This document shows, piece by piece, positions 35,927 through 43,834 of a stretch of DNA of 64,000 nt. This DNA comes from a virus, in IMG/VR virus record IMGVR_UViG_3300045988_160639. One strand, given 5' to 3'. Each line of letters begins with the position of its first letter. The stretch's first letter is position 1. Both the position numbers and the translations under genes were made by a program. The notes beneath the pieces are model-generated. The model did not search any database and was not told the DNA's origin. It worked only from the letters and a program-made list of their open reading frames with translations.

Positions 35927-36940
35927 ATGGATAAATTTAAAATGTACCAAAAAGGTATCAGCATTAAATCCCTTTACAATATGTACTATGAAGATGTTCC
36001 CGAGGTTGACTTCACGGACGATATGCAGCGTGGAGAGGTGTGGAGTAATACCCGAAAATCTCTCTATATTCATTCAATCTTACTGAAGATTACCGATGCA
36101 CAGTCCCCATTTATTGCAGGTGTAAGGGAACTTCCTAACGGAAATACTCTCCTGAAAATCTTTGACGGAAAGCAAAGAGGAACAACCATAATCCATTATA
36201 TAGACGGAGATTTTGCCCTCACGGGACTGACAAACGAGCCTGATATATACCTCAACGGAGAACCCGTTAAGCTTCAGGGCAAGCGTTTTAAGCAGCTTCC
36301 TCCCAAACTCCAAAGCTGGATACTTGATACAACTCTGAACGTTTCTATAATAGAAAATGCTACACCCGAGCAGGAATCCCTTATTTTTCGCAGACTTAAT
36401 AACGGAAAAACGGTTAGTAAGTTCGATATCGCCCGTTCCTATAAGCAGGGAATGGAAGATATCAAGGAGCTTACCAGCCACGAGCTGTTTAATGTAATGC
36501 TCACCTCAACGGAAAGAAAAGCCCTTAAACAGCAGGAAATCATAATCAGATCGTGGATAGCTCTCTTTGAGGAAGAACCAAACCTCACTCCAGCTCATGT
36601 CAACGAGGTTATGAAAGTCCTCAGTATTGATGCAGACGAAAGGGAACAGCTTAAGTCTTCATATGATTTTATATTTGAAGCATATAAGCTTATGGCAATA
36701 GAGAAGGAAAATTCAGATATCATCAAACTGATGTTTAAACCAACTCATCTTATAGGATATCTGCCTTATCTGGAAAAATTTGATACCCCAGATCAGTTTG
36801 CAAAATGGACTGGAAAATTCTTTGGTAATATGCCCGAAGAATATGCTTCTCTCGTCAGAGAACATACCACAAGCCCCACAAGCATAAAAGCAAGAAGAAA
36901 TATTATAGAAAAATCTATCAATGAATTTCTTGGAAAATAA
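35927..36940 (+). CDS. DUF262/ParB-like protein, paralog 2
   Basis: DMQRGEVWSNTRK, IFDGKQRGTTIIHY and FRRLNNGKTVSKFD. Confidence 0.75.
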   Translation: MDKFKMYQKGISIKSLYNMYYEDVPEVDFTDDMQRGEVWSNTRKSLYIHSILLKITDAQSPFIAGVRELPNGNTLLKIFDGKQRGTTIIHYIDGDFALTGLTNEPDIYLNGEPVKLQGKRFKQLPPKLQSWILDTTLNVSIIENATPEQESLIFRRLNNGKTVSKFDIARSYKQGMEDIKELTSHELFNVMLTSTERKALKQQEIIIRSWIALFEEEPNLTPAHVNEVMKVLSIDADEREQLKSSYDFIFEAYKLMAIEKENSDIIKLMFKPTHLIGYLPYLEKFDTPDQFAKWTGKFFGNMPEEYASLVREHTTSPTSIKARRNIIEKSINEFLGK

Positions 36941-36969
36941 TTTTTCACAATAATAAAACCGTCACTCAA

Positions 36970-37518
36970 TTAAGGGTGACGGTTATTTTTTATAAATTCG
37001 GAAAATTGGTTTAAGACCGTTTGTTCATAAGAGGATGTGAAGAAATCATTCCGGTGATATAGTAATTCAAGTCGTCTGGAACGAATTTTAGCTGCCCTTT
37101 CAGGAATGTGACACATATTTATGAGGTCTTCTATTTGATGAATATTACAAGCCCATAAAACGCACGCAGGAGCGAGAATATTTATTCCAAAATAATCTGC
37201 CTCGGTTTCATCTAAAGTTGGAATAATTATATGCCCAAACTCGTGAGCAATAATGAATCTTTGTTGATAAAACGGTTCAGAATCATCAACAATAATATAG
37301 TTTTTACTGGATTTGTTTAGGGTTGTAAAAGATTTCCCCAACTCTAAAGGCTTTAGCTTGGCAAAATTATTGCTTGGAATATTGGAATTTTTTATAATGT
37401 CGGTGTTATAATTTACACATAAGGGTATAAAATCTAAAGGTAAAGTTTTTATTTTGCAATCAATGAGGCATTGACAAGCTCTGTCTCTTGCACGTACATA
37501 ATCTTTATACGGAGAAAT
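36970..37518 (-). CDS. ImmA/IrrE-family zinc metallopeptidase, with no canonical start for its N-terminal domain
   Basis: HEFGH motif. The frame stays open and ImmA-like (ARDRACQCLIDCKIKTLPLDFIPL...) up to 37545, but the only ATG/GTG/TTG is the TTG at 37341. A candidate ATT start at 37518 follows AAGGGTGA. Confidence 0.6.
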   Translation of the reverse strand: MSPYKDYVRARDRACQCLIDCKIKTLPLDFIPLCVNYNTDIIKNSNIPSNNFAKLKPLELGKSFTTLNKSSKNYIIVDDSEPFYQQRFIIAHEFGHIIIPTLDETEADYFGINILAPACVLWACNIHQIEDLINMCHIPERAAKIRSRRLELLYHRNDFFTSSYEQTVLNQFSEFIKNNRHP

Positions 37519-37522
37519 AAAA

Positions 37523-37555
37523 TCACCCTTAGTTAGAATTTGTAACTAAGGGTGA
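37523..37555 (-). terminator. Rho-independent terminator after the LexA-like gene
   Basis: Perfect 13-bp stem TCACCCTTAGTTA / TAACTAAGGGTGA, followed on the minus strand by TTTTATTT. Confidence 0.65.
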
Positions 37556-37572
37556 AATATGTTTGGAAATAA

Positions 37573-38295
37573 TTATTTAGAAAAATCATTATTGGAAATA
37601 GGAAGAGAACTTAAAGACTGAATGTCATTTGATGTAATCTTTCCAATAGTATTGTCAGGTGTCTTTGCAGCTTCCTGAATGATCTCATCAGAATTTTCAT
37701 CATATGAGCCAACAACTTTTCCAAATACGGAAAATTTATCGGTATCGTAAACTTTAATAACTGGATAATCTGAATTTATTGAGTGTAAGCCATCATGTTC
37801 ATATATTTTGAAATAAGGACTACCATTTAAAACAGCAATAACTTCATCACCATATTTGACCTCAGTAGTTTGTTTTACCCAAACGATGCTTCCGTGTGGA
37901 TAATCTGGAGACATTGAATCGCCGTTAATACGTATTCCGCAGTCAGCGTTTGACGGAATAATATCGTCTGGAAATTCTATTTCTTCAAAAGCATTATTTA
38001 AATAAAAATTAGTTGATATTCCTGCTCCAGCTGCAACTATAGCAATAGGAAATAATTTTTTATTACAAGATGTGCAAGTTATTTTGGAAATATCAGGGAT
38101 ATAACTGAGAATGTCTGATATATCACATTTAAAATAATCGCACAACTTATTCAAGTTTTCAACAGAATAAGTTTTAGATTTGCCAGTTTCCATATCAGAA
38201 ATCGTTTGTTTTCTAATTTTAATGCTTTTGGATAATTCTTCTTGAGATAATTCATTATGGTTAAATCTCAGTGTTTTTAAATTACATTTAATCAT
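37573..38295 (-). CDS. LexA/CI-like repressor (XRE HTH plus S24 peptidase domain)
   Basis: N-terminal HTH (LSQEELSKSIKIRKQTISDMETGK). C-terminal GDSMSP motif and a downstream Lys region typical of S24 autopeptidases. Confidence 0.8.
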   Translation of the reverse strand: MIKCNLKTLRFNHNELSQEELSKSIKIRKQTISDMETGKSKTYSVENLNKLCDYFKCDISDILSYIPDISKITCTSCNKKLFPIAIVAAGAGISTNFYLNNAFEEIEFPDDIIPSNADCGIRINGDSMSPDYPHGSIVWVKQTTEVKYGDEVIAVLNGSPYFKIYEHDGLHSINSDYPVIKVYDTDKFSVFGKVVGSYDENSDEIIQEAAKTPDNTIGKITSNDIQSLSSLPISNNDFSK

Positions 38296-38365
38296 AGTGT
38301 TACACCTCTTGTATAAAATGGATAAATTGTTATGGATAACTTTATATATTATTTATCCCAAAATA

Positions 38366-38407
38366 CACGAAATTCGTATTGACATTATGCGAATTTCGTG
38401 ATATACT
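38366..38407 (+). promoter_or_regulatory. Rightward promoter TTGACA-17-TATACT bracketed by an 11-bp inverted-repeat operator
   Basis: CACGAAATTCG (38366-38376) and CGAATTTCGTG (38390-38400) flank the -35 and cover the spacer. -35 is at 38379-38384 and -10 at 38402-38407. Confidence 0.6.
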
Positions 38408-38452
38408 TAATACATACCAAAGAGATGCAGAGATGCAAATCCTTAGTATTAC

Positions 38453-38481
38453 ATAATAACATATTTCAATAAAAAAGTCAA
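38453..38481 (-). promoter_or_regulatory. Leftward promoter TTGACT-17-TATTAT (TG-extended) for the LexA-like gene
   Basis: The reverse complement reads TTGACT tttttattgaaatatgt TATTAT. It faces the rightward promoter about 45 bp away. Confidence 0.6.
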
Positions 38482-38668
38482 GTAGTAAGAAAGGAAGACA
38501 ACGATGTGATATTATAATTTACATAATAATAGGAAATCGCACTAAATCGACTTGATTTATTATCTGCATTGCAGTATAATAGATATAGTAGGTAATCTGA
38601 TACATAATCAAAAGCAAAAGCTCCCACTACCCATAACGTGAGAGCCACCCATACTAACGCTCTGGGTG

Positions 38669-38827
38669 TTAATCTATCGGTCTAATATCGACCTTGAATC
38701 CATTCTTTCCGAGACGAATGGAGAAACGATGTTTCTTGTCATTCAGGCACATTTTCACGATAATTACGAGCGTTATTGGAATAACGATTGTGCCGAGTAT
38801 GGACAGCAACGCAATCAAAACCTCTAT
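38669..38827 (-). CDS. Type-I-toxin-like small membrane protein (about 52 aa, non-AUG start inferred)
   Basis: IEVLIALLSILGTIVIPITLVIIVKMCLNDKKHRFSIRLGKNGFKVDIRPID. GAGGAGGGG SD lies 8 nt before an ATA codon (alternative TTG at 38818). An upstream CCCCTTTCCCC tract could pair with the SD. Confidence 0.4.
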   Translation of the reverse strand: MEVLIALLSILGTIVIPITLVIIVKMCLNDKKHRFSIRLGKNGFKVDIRPID

Positions 38828-38909
38828 ACAAATCCCCTCCTCTGTAGGTAGTCAAACTGCCGTAAGTAATACGGGGAAAAGGGGTATATGGGTCTTCCAA
38901 CTACTTTTG

Positions 38910-38938
38910 ATTATACCAGATTATCTACAAAAAAGCAA
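38910..38938 (-). promoter_or_regulatory. Leftward promoter TTGCTT-17-TATAAT with TG extension, upstream of the small membrane ORF
   Basis: The reverse complement reads TTGCTT ttttgtagataatctgg TATAAT. Confidence 0.5.
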
Positions 38939-38941
38939 GAA

Positions 38942-38985
38942 AATAGTGCGGTTTGATAGAAAAATTGTCAGACCGCACTATTTTT
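38942..38985. terminator. Bidirectional rho-independent terminator
   Basis: 11-bp stem AATAGTGCGGT / ACCGCACTATT, with an A-run upstream and a T-run downstream. Confidence 0.65.
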
Positions 38986-38991
38986 ATTGTA

Positions 38992-39222
38992 TTATTTGTT
39001 AATTTTGTCAAGATTTGATTTATCAGGTATATACTCCATTAAATCCGAGGGCTGGCAATTAAATAAAGCACACAACTTGTTTATGGTCTTAGCATCTAAA
39101 CCTTTTGTTCCATTCTTTAATCCATAATAAGTTGCTTGTCCAATAAGACCTGTTTCTCGAATTTTTGTTGCCGTATAACCATGTTCTGTTAAAAGTTTAA
39201 AAAGTTTATCATAATTAAGCAT
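38992..39222 (-). CDS. Cro/CI-type HTH regulator
   Basis: 76 aa. GQATYYGLKNGTKGLDAKTINKLCALFNCQPSDLMEY is typical of XRE-family HTH proteins. Confidence 0.75.
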   Translation of the reverse strand: MLNYDKLFKLLTEHGYTATKIRETGLIGQATYYGLKNGTKGLDAKTINKLCALFNCQPSDLMEYIPDKSNLDKINK

Positions 39223-39237
39223 TTAATACACCTCACT

Positions 39238-39320
39238 CAAATGAGTGAAAAATCACCATAAAAATTCACTTAATTTTGTGAAATGTGTGTATTGAAATTC
39301 ACTTAATTAAGTGATATACT
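39238..39320 (+). promoter_or_regulatory. Three operator-like palindromes plus rightward promoter TTGAAA-17-TATACT
   Basis: AATGAGTGAAAAATCACC, TTCACTTAATTTTGTGAA, and the perfect palindrome TCACTTAATTAAGTGA overlapping the spacer. -35 is at 39292-39297 and -10 at 39315-39320. Confidence 0.6.
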
Positions 39321-39360
39321 TATATCAAGGTCAAATCATAAAGGATTCAAACCTTAGTCT

Positions 39361-39421
39361 TATATAATAACATATGTTCTGAGATTTGTCAAGCACCTTT
39401 CAGAAAATATGTTATTATATA
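39361..39421 (-). promoter_or_regulatory. Leftward promoter TTGACA-17-TATTAT embedded in a perfect 15-bp inverted repeat
   Basis: The arms are TATATAATAACATAT (39361-39375) and ATATGTTATTATATA (39407-39421). The minus-strand -35 is at 39387-39392 and the -10 at 39364-39369. Confidence 0.6.
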
Positions 39422-39452
39422 AGTAAGTAAAAATTCAAAGGAGGATATACAT

Positions 39453-40811
39453 ATGGCAAAGACAGCAAAGAAAAAAGATTACAATTCTATTGAAATCAAT
39501 GGAACTGCTTATACCATTGCAGAGCGTGTGAGAGAAGAATCTGATGTGCGGATGATTCCTTATTCAGTAAAAATGTATGTTGAAGAAGTTGACGATGGAG
39601 AGATTTGTCGTGATCCACTTATACAGAGAACGGATGACCAGTGGACAAAAAAGCAGAAGTCTAAGTTGATTGAAGCTGTTTTACATAATAGACCTATCGG
39701 AAGTATGGCACTTGCCAAGGGTAGAGCTGAGAGTAAAAGTTATTCAATCACATCTCTCGTAGATGGATTGCAGAGAACCACAACACTTGTAGACTTTTAT
39801 CACGATAAATTTGCTTTGGATAAAAGAGCATTACCTGTTGTGTGTAGATGTGTTGACGAAAATGGCAATGAACAAAAAGTTGAAATTGATATTGCAGGGA
39901 AAAAATATTCTCAGCTTTCTGATGCGATAAAGACATTCTTTAATAAATATAGTCTTACCACATATATGCACGAGGGCTTTTCTGATGAAGAATTGGACGA
40001 CATTGTATTCTGTATGAATAACGGAAAGTCTCCAAATGCTTATCAGAAAATACGTTTTGCTCTCGGTTCAACAATTATGCGTTCTTTGCAGCCAATTTGT
40101 GATAGCACACTTTGGGAAGATGTTAATGGTTGCAAGGCAAAAAATGACAGTATCCTTTGTTGTATAGTAAGAACTCTTATGATGATGACATTTTACAATT
40201 ATAATAATCTTGGCTCTGCAACGATGACTAAGTTTGTAGATGATTTTGATGATTATGTAAAAGCATCGGATATCGCTAATCTATCTATACTCGTAGAGGA
40301 ACTTGCGGAAATTAAGATGAATCTGTCGGAAGAAGAATCTACAAGATTAGATTCTGTGACTATTCCACATTATATAATGAGTCTTAATTCGTTTAAGAGA
40401 AAGAACAAAACAGCCACTGATTACAGAAACTTTCTCAATAAATTCTGGAGCAGTGATAATTTTGAACTGCTTACATCAAGCTGTGAATCTAATGGTAGCG
40501 GAAGTTCTCTGTATTCTGCTGAAATGGTAGAAGACAGACAGTATGCTATAGATGATTATATGGACGAATATCTTGATGAGAATGAGGGTGAAATAAATGG
40601 CGAAGAAAACGGCACTGACGAAAGCGGAGCAACAGGAAATACTAACAACGGAGATAATGGAACTGAAACAGACATTATCTCAGACGTGTTTGACACTGAA
40701 ATTGTGTCAGAGGATAGTGGAACTGGCAACTCGTCAAGTGGAATTGAATCCGAAGTCAATGAAGATGGAAACGTCCTACAGGGAAGTGGGCAAAGCTTTA
40801 GGTCAGCCTGA
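39453..40811 (+). CDS. DUF262/ParB-like protein, paralog 3, with a long acidic low-complexity tail
   Basis: LIQRTDDQWTKKQK, LVDGLQRTTTLVDF and MNNGKSPNAYQ. The C-terminal ~90 aa is rich in D/E/G/N/S/T. Confidence 0.75.
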   Translation: MAKTAKKKDYNSIEINGTAYTIAERVREESDVRMIPYSVKMYVEEVDDGEICRDPLIQRTDDQWTKKQKSKLIEAVLHNRPIGSMALAKGRAESKSYSITSLVDGLQRTTTLVDFYHDKFALDKRALPVVCRCVDENGNEQKVEIDIAGKKYSQLSDAIKTFFNKYSLTTYMHEGFSDEELDDIVFCMNNGKSPNAYQKIRFALGSTIMRSLQPICDSTLWEDVNGCKAKNDSILCCIVRTLMMMTFYNYNNLGSATMTKFVDDFDDYVKASDIANLSILVEELAEIKMNLSEEESTRLDSVTIPHYIMSLNSFKRKNKTATDYRNFLNKFWSSDNFELLTSSCESNGSGSSLYSAEMVEDRQYAIDDYMDEYLDENEGEINGEENGTDESGATGNTNNGDNGTETDIISDVFDTEIVSEDSGTGNSSSGIESEVNEDGNVLQGSGQSFRSA

Positions 40812-41328
40812 CAGAACTGCAAGAGATTGTAAATGTGTCTTATCTTGTTATGATAAGCTTATCAAAAGTGAAATAAATGACAAGTGCGTCAATAAAGTTT
40901 TATCGGAAAATTCAACATCTCAAGCTACAAAAGTAATTTCCGCTTTAAATTATTGCAGTGACGAAGATAAAACACTTTATCTCGACAACGAAATAAGTTC
41001 AACGGGACTTTATAAACGCAAAGGGAATGTTGTTATTGTCGGTACTAAAGCAACAGATACAATGTTGGATAGAGCCAAGCGAATGAAGGACGATTCAGAA
41101 GAATCCCTTACGTTTGCAATGATAACAAGTATGTTCAAATCAGAAACTAAAAATTACATCGAATCTCTTAAAGATTATATTGAAATGGTGGATAGAGTTT
41201 CTGATAAGCAATATACCAAAAAAGAAGCCATAGCTGATATAACACTTACATTAAGTACAGTGGTAAATACAATAACTTCCTTAAAAGAAGCAATTATAGA
41301 AAAGTCTAATATAATAATGGAGGAATAA
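40597..41328 (+). CDS. HTH-like protein whose first ~215 nt overlap the previous gene out of frame
   Basis: ATG is preceded by GAGGGTGA. The N-terminus MAKKTALTKAEQQEIL...SYREVGKALGQPDRTARDC looks protein-like with an HTH. Confidence 0.5.
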   Translation: MAKKTALTKAEQQEILTTEIMELKQTLSQTCLTLKLCQRIVELATRQVELNPKSMKMETSYREVGKALGQPDRTARDCKCVLSCYDKLIKSEINDKCVNKVLSENSTSQATKVISALNYCSDEDKTLYLDNEISSTGLYKRKGNVVIVGTKATDTMLDRAKRMKDDSEESLTFAMITSMFKSETKNYIESLKDYIEMVDRVSDKQYTKKEAIADITLTLSTVVNTITSLKEAIIEKSNIIMEE

Positions 41329-41332
41329 AATT

Positions 41333-42115
41333 ATGGAATTTTCAGCACAGCCCAGTTGGACAACAAGAACGATCAACTCATCTCAGCTTAAAAGCAAACA
41401 GCCATATTAGCGTAAAATTGATATGAAATTTATTGCTAAATGTGTTAAAGATTTCAATCTTAATAAGGTTGACCCTGTTCACGTTTCTTATCGAGACGGA
41501 AAGTATTACGTAATTGATGGACAGCATACAGTCATTATTCTCGAAGCTGTTAACGAAAATAAGCCTGTGGATATTCAGTGTATTGTACATAAGGGAATGA
41601 CCTATACTGATGAAGCTGATTATTATGTTGACCAGTATGAAAAGAAACATCGACATACATTTAATGAAATGACACTTGCTTCTTATGAAGCCGGCAGAGA
41701 ACTTCCTTGTGAGCTTGCATTAAAAGTTTCTCGTGTTGGTGGTAGATTACCTTATGATAAAAAGACCACTACCGGAATGAGAATCAATGCAGTTAAAAAG
41801 GTGGAAATGCTATATAAGAAGGATTCTGATGATACTATTCTTGCCATAAAGTGTCTTGTTGAAGCGTATAACGGAAGAGAATCCAGTTTGCAGGGCGATA
41901 TCATAGCAGGAACAACAGAGTTTCTCAAACTTTACGGAAATAATATCGTCACATCAAGACTTGTCAATGCACTTGCAAAATACACTCCTCAGATGCTCAC
42001 AAATACAGCCAAGAACCTCAAGATGTCCTATCCTATTAACTGGACGGAAACTCTTAGAGACAAGTATAACGAGGTATCCAAGCGTGGTAAGATAAAGCCG
42101 ATATACGGAATTTGA
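41333..42115 (+). CDS. ParB-like (DGQH-type) protein, paralog 4, with an in-frame TAG at codon 26
   Basis: ATG 41333 has a strong SD (ATGGAGGAA). The same frame continues through the TAG at 41408-41410 into the tracked ORF (41423-42115), which has no SD of its own. VIDGQHTVIILEA motif. Confidence 0.55.
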
Positions 42116-42155
42116 TTATATAAATATAATACTTCTAAATGAAAGGATAATCACT

Positions 42156-42998
42156 ATGAACGCAGCTATAGCTTATAATTCAACAACAGCTAATATCATT
42201 GATATGTCGGGCAGAAAAAGCAGACGTAAGATATCTCAGAGACAAGTTGTTGTTACTGAGGTGGAAGCTCCTACTAATCATTCTGCCGATGCGTTTATGT
42301 GCGAAAATGATATCAACGCTGTTATTCGTCAGTGTTTCAAAGAAAGAGCATATCATAAAATGGTAATGTTCATCTTCGGAATAAACACAGGCTATCGCTG
42401 TGGTGATATTCTTTCGTTTAAAGTAAAAGATGTAACAGATGAAAACGGAAACATTCTTGATGTTAAGTATATTTCTGAGCAGAAAACAGGCAAGGCAAGA
42501 CCTGTGTATTTTAATAGGGCTGTAAAAACGGCTCTTAAATATCTTATTGATCGTAAGGGATTAACTTCTAAAAATTATCTTTTTAGAGGTGATGGAAACC
42601 GTAGAGCATATTTCGATAAATTTATCTATGATAAATGCGGAGAAATTACAGATGTAATTACGACAGGGGAGAGGTACGATGAAAATGGCAATGAAAGAGA
42701 AATTGCTCCTATGACCGTATCGTCAGTGAGCAGATGGCTTAAAACAATAACACAAAAACTTAACATAGTGGGACATTATAGTTCTCACGCTATGCGAAAA
42801 ACTTTCTGTGAGTTTATCTCACGGAATTGGAATGATAATAGGAATGTAATGGTTGCTTGTGTGGCTGTAGCTCACGCCGATGTTGATACAACAATGAATC
42901 ATTATATGACGGTAAATCCATTGAAACTTCGTCAAAAATGGCTTGACCTTAATCTTGGACTGGAAGAATTTGAAAAGCTGTCTGGATATAAAATTTGA
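42156..42998 (+). CDS. Tyrosine recombinase
   Basis: NTGYRCGDIL (Arg), HYSSHAMRKTF (HxxR) and AHADVDTTMNHY (His...Tyr). Confidence 0.75.
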   Translation: MNAAIAYNSTTANIIDMSGRKSRRKISQRQVVVTEVEAPTNHSADAFMCENDINAVIRQCFKERAYHKMVMFIFGINTGYRCGDILSFKVKDVTDENGNILDVKYISEQKTGKARPVYFNRAVKTALKYLIDRKGLTSKNYLFRGDGNRRAYFDKFIYDKCGEITDVITTGERYDENGNEREIAPMTVSSVSRWLKTITQKLNIVGHYSSHAMRKTFCEFISRNWNDNRNVMVACVAVAHADVDTTMNHYMTVNPLKLRQKWLDLNLGLEEFEKLSGYKI

Positions 42999-43012
42999 AA
43001 GGAATGATATAA

Positions 43013-43567
43013 ATGACCGTTAAAGAATTTAGAGCATTGGCTCGGAAAAGTGGAAAAATAAGAAAGATACCGGTATCAATGATAAGAATGATAGAGAAGG
43101 TTCATTATAATAGCGACCTCTCCCAGATACCTAGTCTTAACAAAGACAAAAATAAACTGTTGATAATATTACATGATAATAAGGACTGTACTTATAACCT
43201 TATCACGGGTTGGAAAGACTATACTATTGCAATCAGAGATGGCATAAAGACTATAAATGCTGTTTTGGTAGATTCTGTCACCAGAGATAAATTTTATGCT
43301 GAATTGTCGGATAGTACGGAATGGGTAACTCTTCCTGAAATAATAATTCCGTCCTCATTTAAGAAAAGTCCACCAAAAGAAGAAAAGTTACATAACACAA
43401 TTATGAATATGAAAGAAGCATTGAGAACTAATACTATTTCAGAATATCTTGATACAAAGCCAATAACGATATCCAAAAATAACACACTTGTAGATGGATA
43501 TACAAGATATTTGGCTCTCAAATTTATAAGATATCAGGGTAAATTTCCAGTAATAAGAAAGGATTGA
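43013..43567 (+). CDS. ParB N-terminal-domain-like protein, paralog 5 (two tandem halves)
   Basis: YNLITGWKDYTIAIRDGIKTINAVLV, then a second half ITISKNNTLVDGYTRYLALKFIRYQGKFPVI. Confidence 0.55.
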   Translation: MTVKEFRALARKSGKIRKIPVSMIRMIEKVHYNSDLSQIPSLNKDKNKLLIILHDNKDCTYNLITGWKDYTIAIRDGIKTINAVLVDSVTRDKFYAELSDSTEWVTLPEIIIPSSFKKSPPKEEKLHNTIMNMKEALRTNTISEYLDTKPITISKNNTLVDGYTRYLALKFIRYQGKFPVIRKD

Positions 43568-43569
43568 TA

Positions 43570-43824
43570 ATGGTGTTGCAGATAGGTAAATACAAGGTCA
43601 GCGATGACCTCAAGACAAAGCAGAAAGAAAATCCCATACTTGCAAAAGATGTTGCGACAGCTTTATATGCTCATATAACTGGAATGTGGGCTGAAAATGC
43701 AGCCGGACATTATGAGCAGGCGAAGAACGGTGAGAGAGTAACAGCTATATTTCCTACTGTCTGCGGAAATATCGTCATTGATACCCTTGCAGATCGTACA
43801 CAAACAACAATTTCAATGGAATAG
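43570..43824 (+). CDS. Hypothetical small protein
   Basis: ATG at 43570 lies 7 nt after AAAGGA. Confidence 0.5.
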   Translation: MVLQIGKYKVSDDLKTKQKENPILAKDVATALYAHITGMWAENAAGHYEQAKNGERVTAIFPTVCGNIVIDTLADRTQTTISME

Positions 43825-43834
43825 GGATGTATGT

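Noticed and set aside
38666-39002. Plus-strand ORFs of 61 and 102 aa
   Set aside because: They lack an SD and use TTG/GTG-type starts. They lie antisense to the SD-led small membrane ORF and run through the terminator. A non-coding antisense transcript is more likely.
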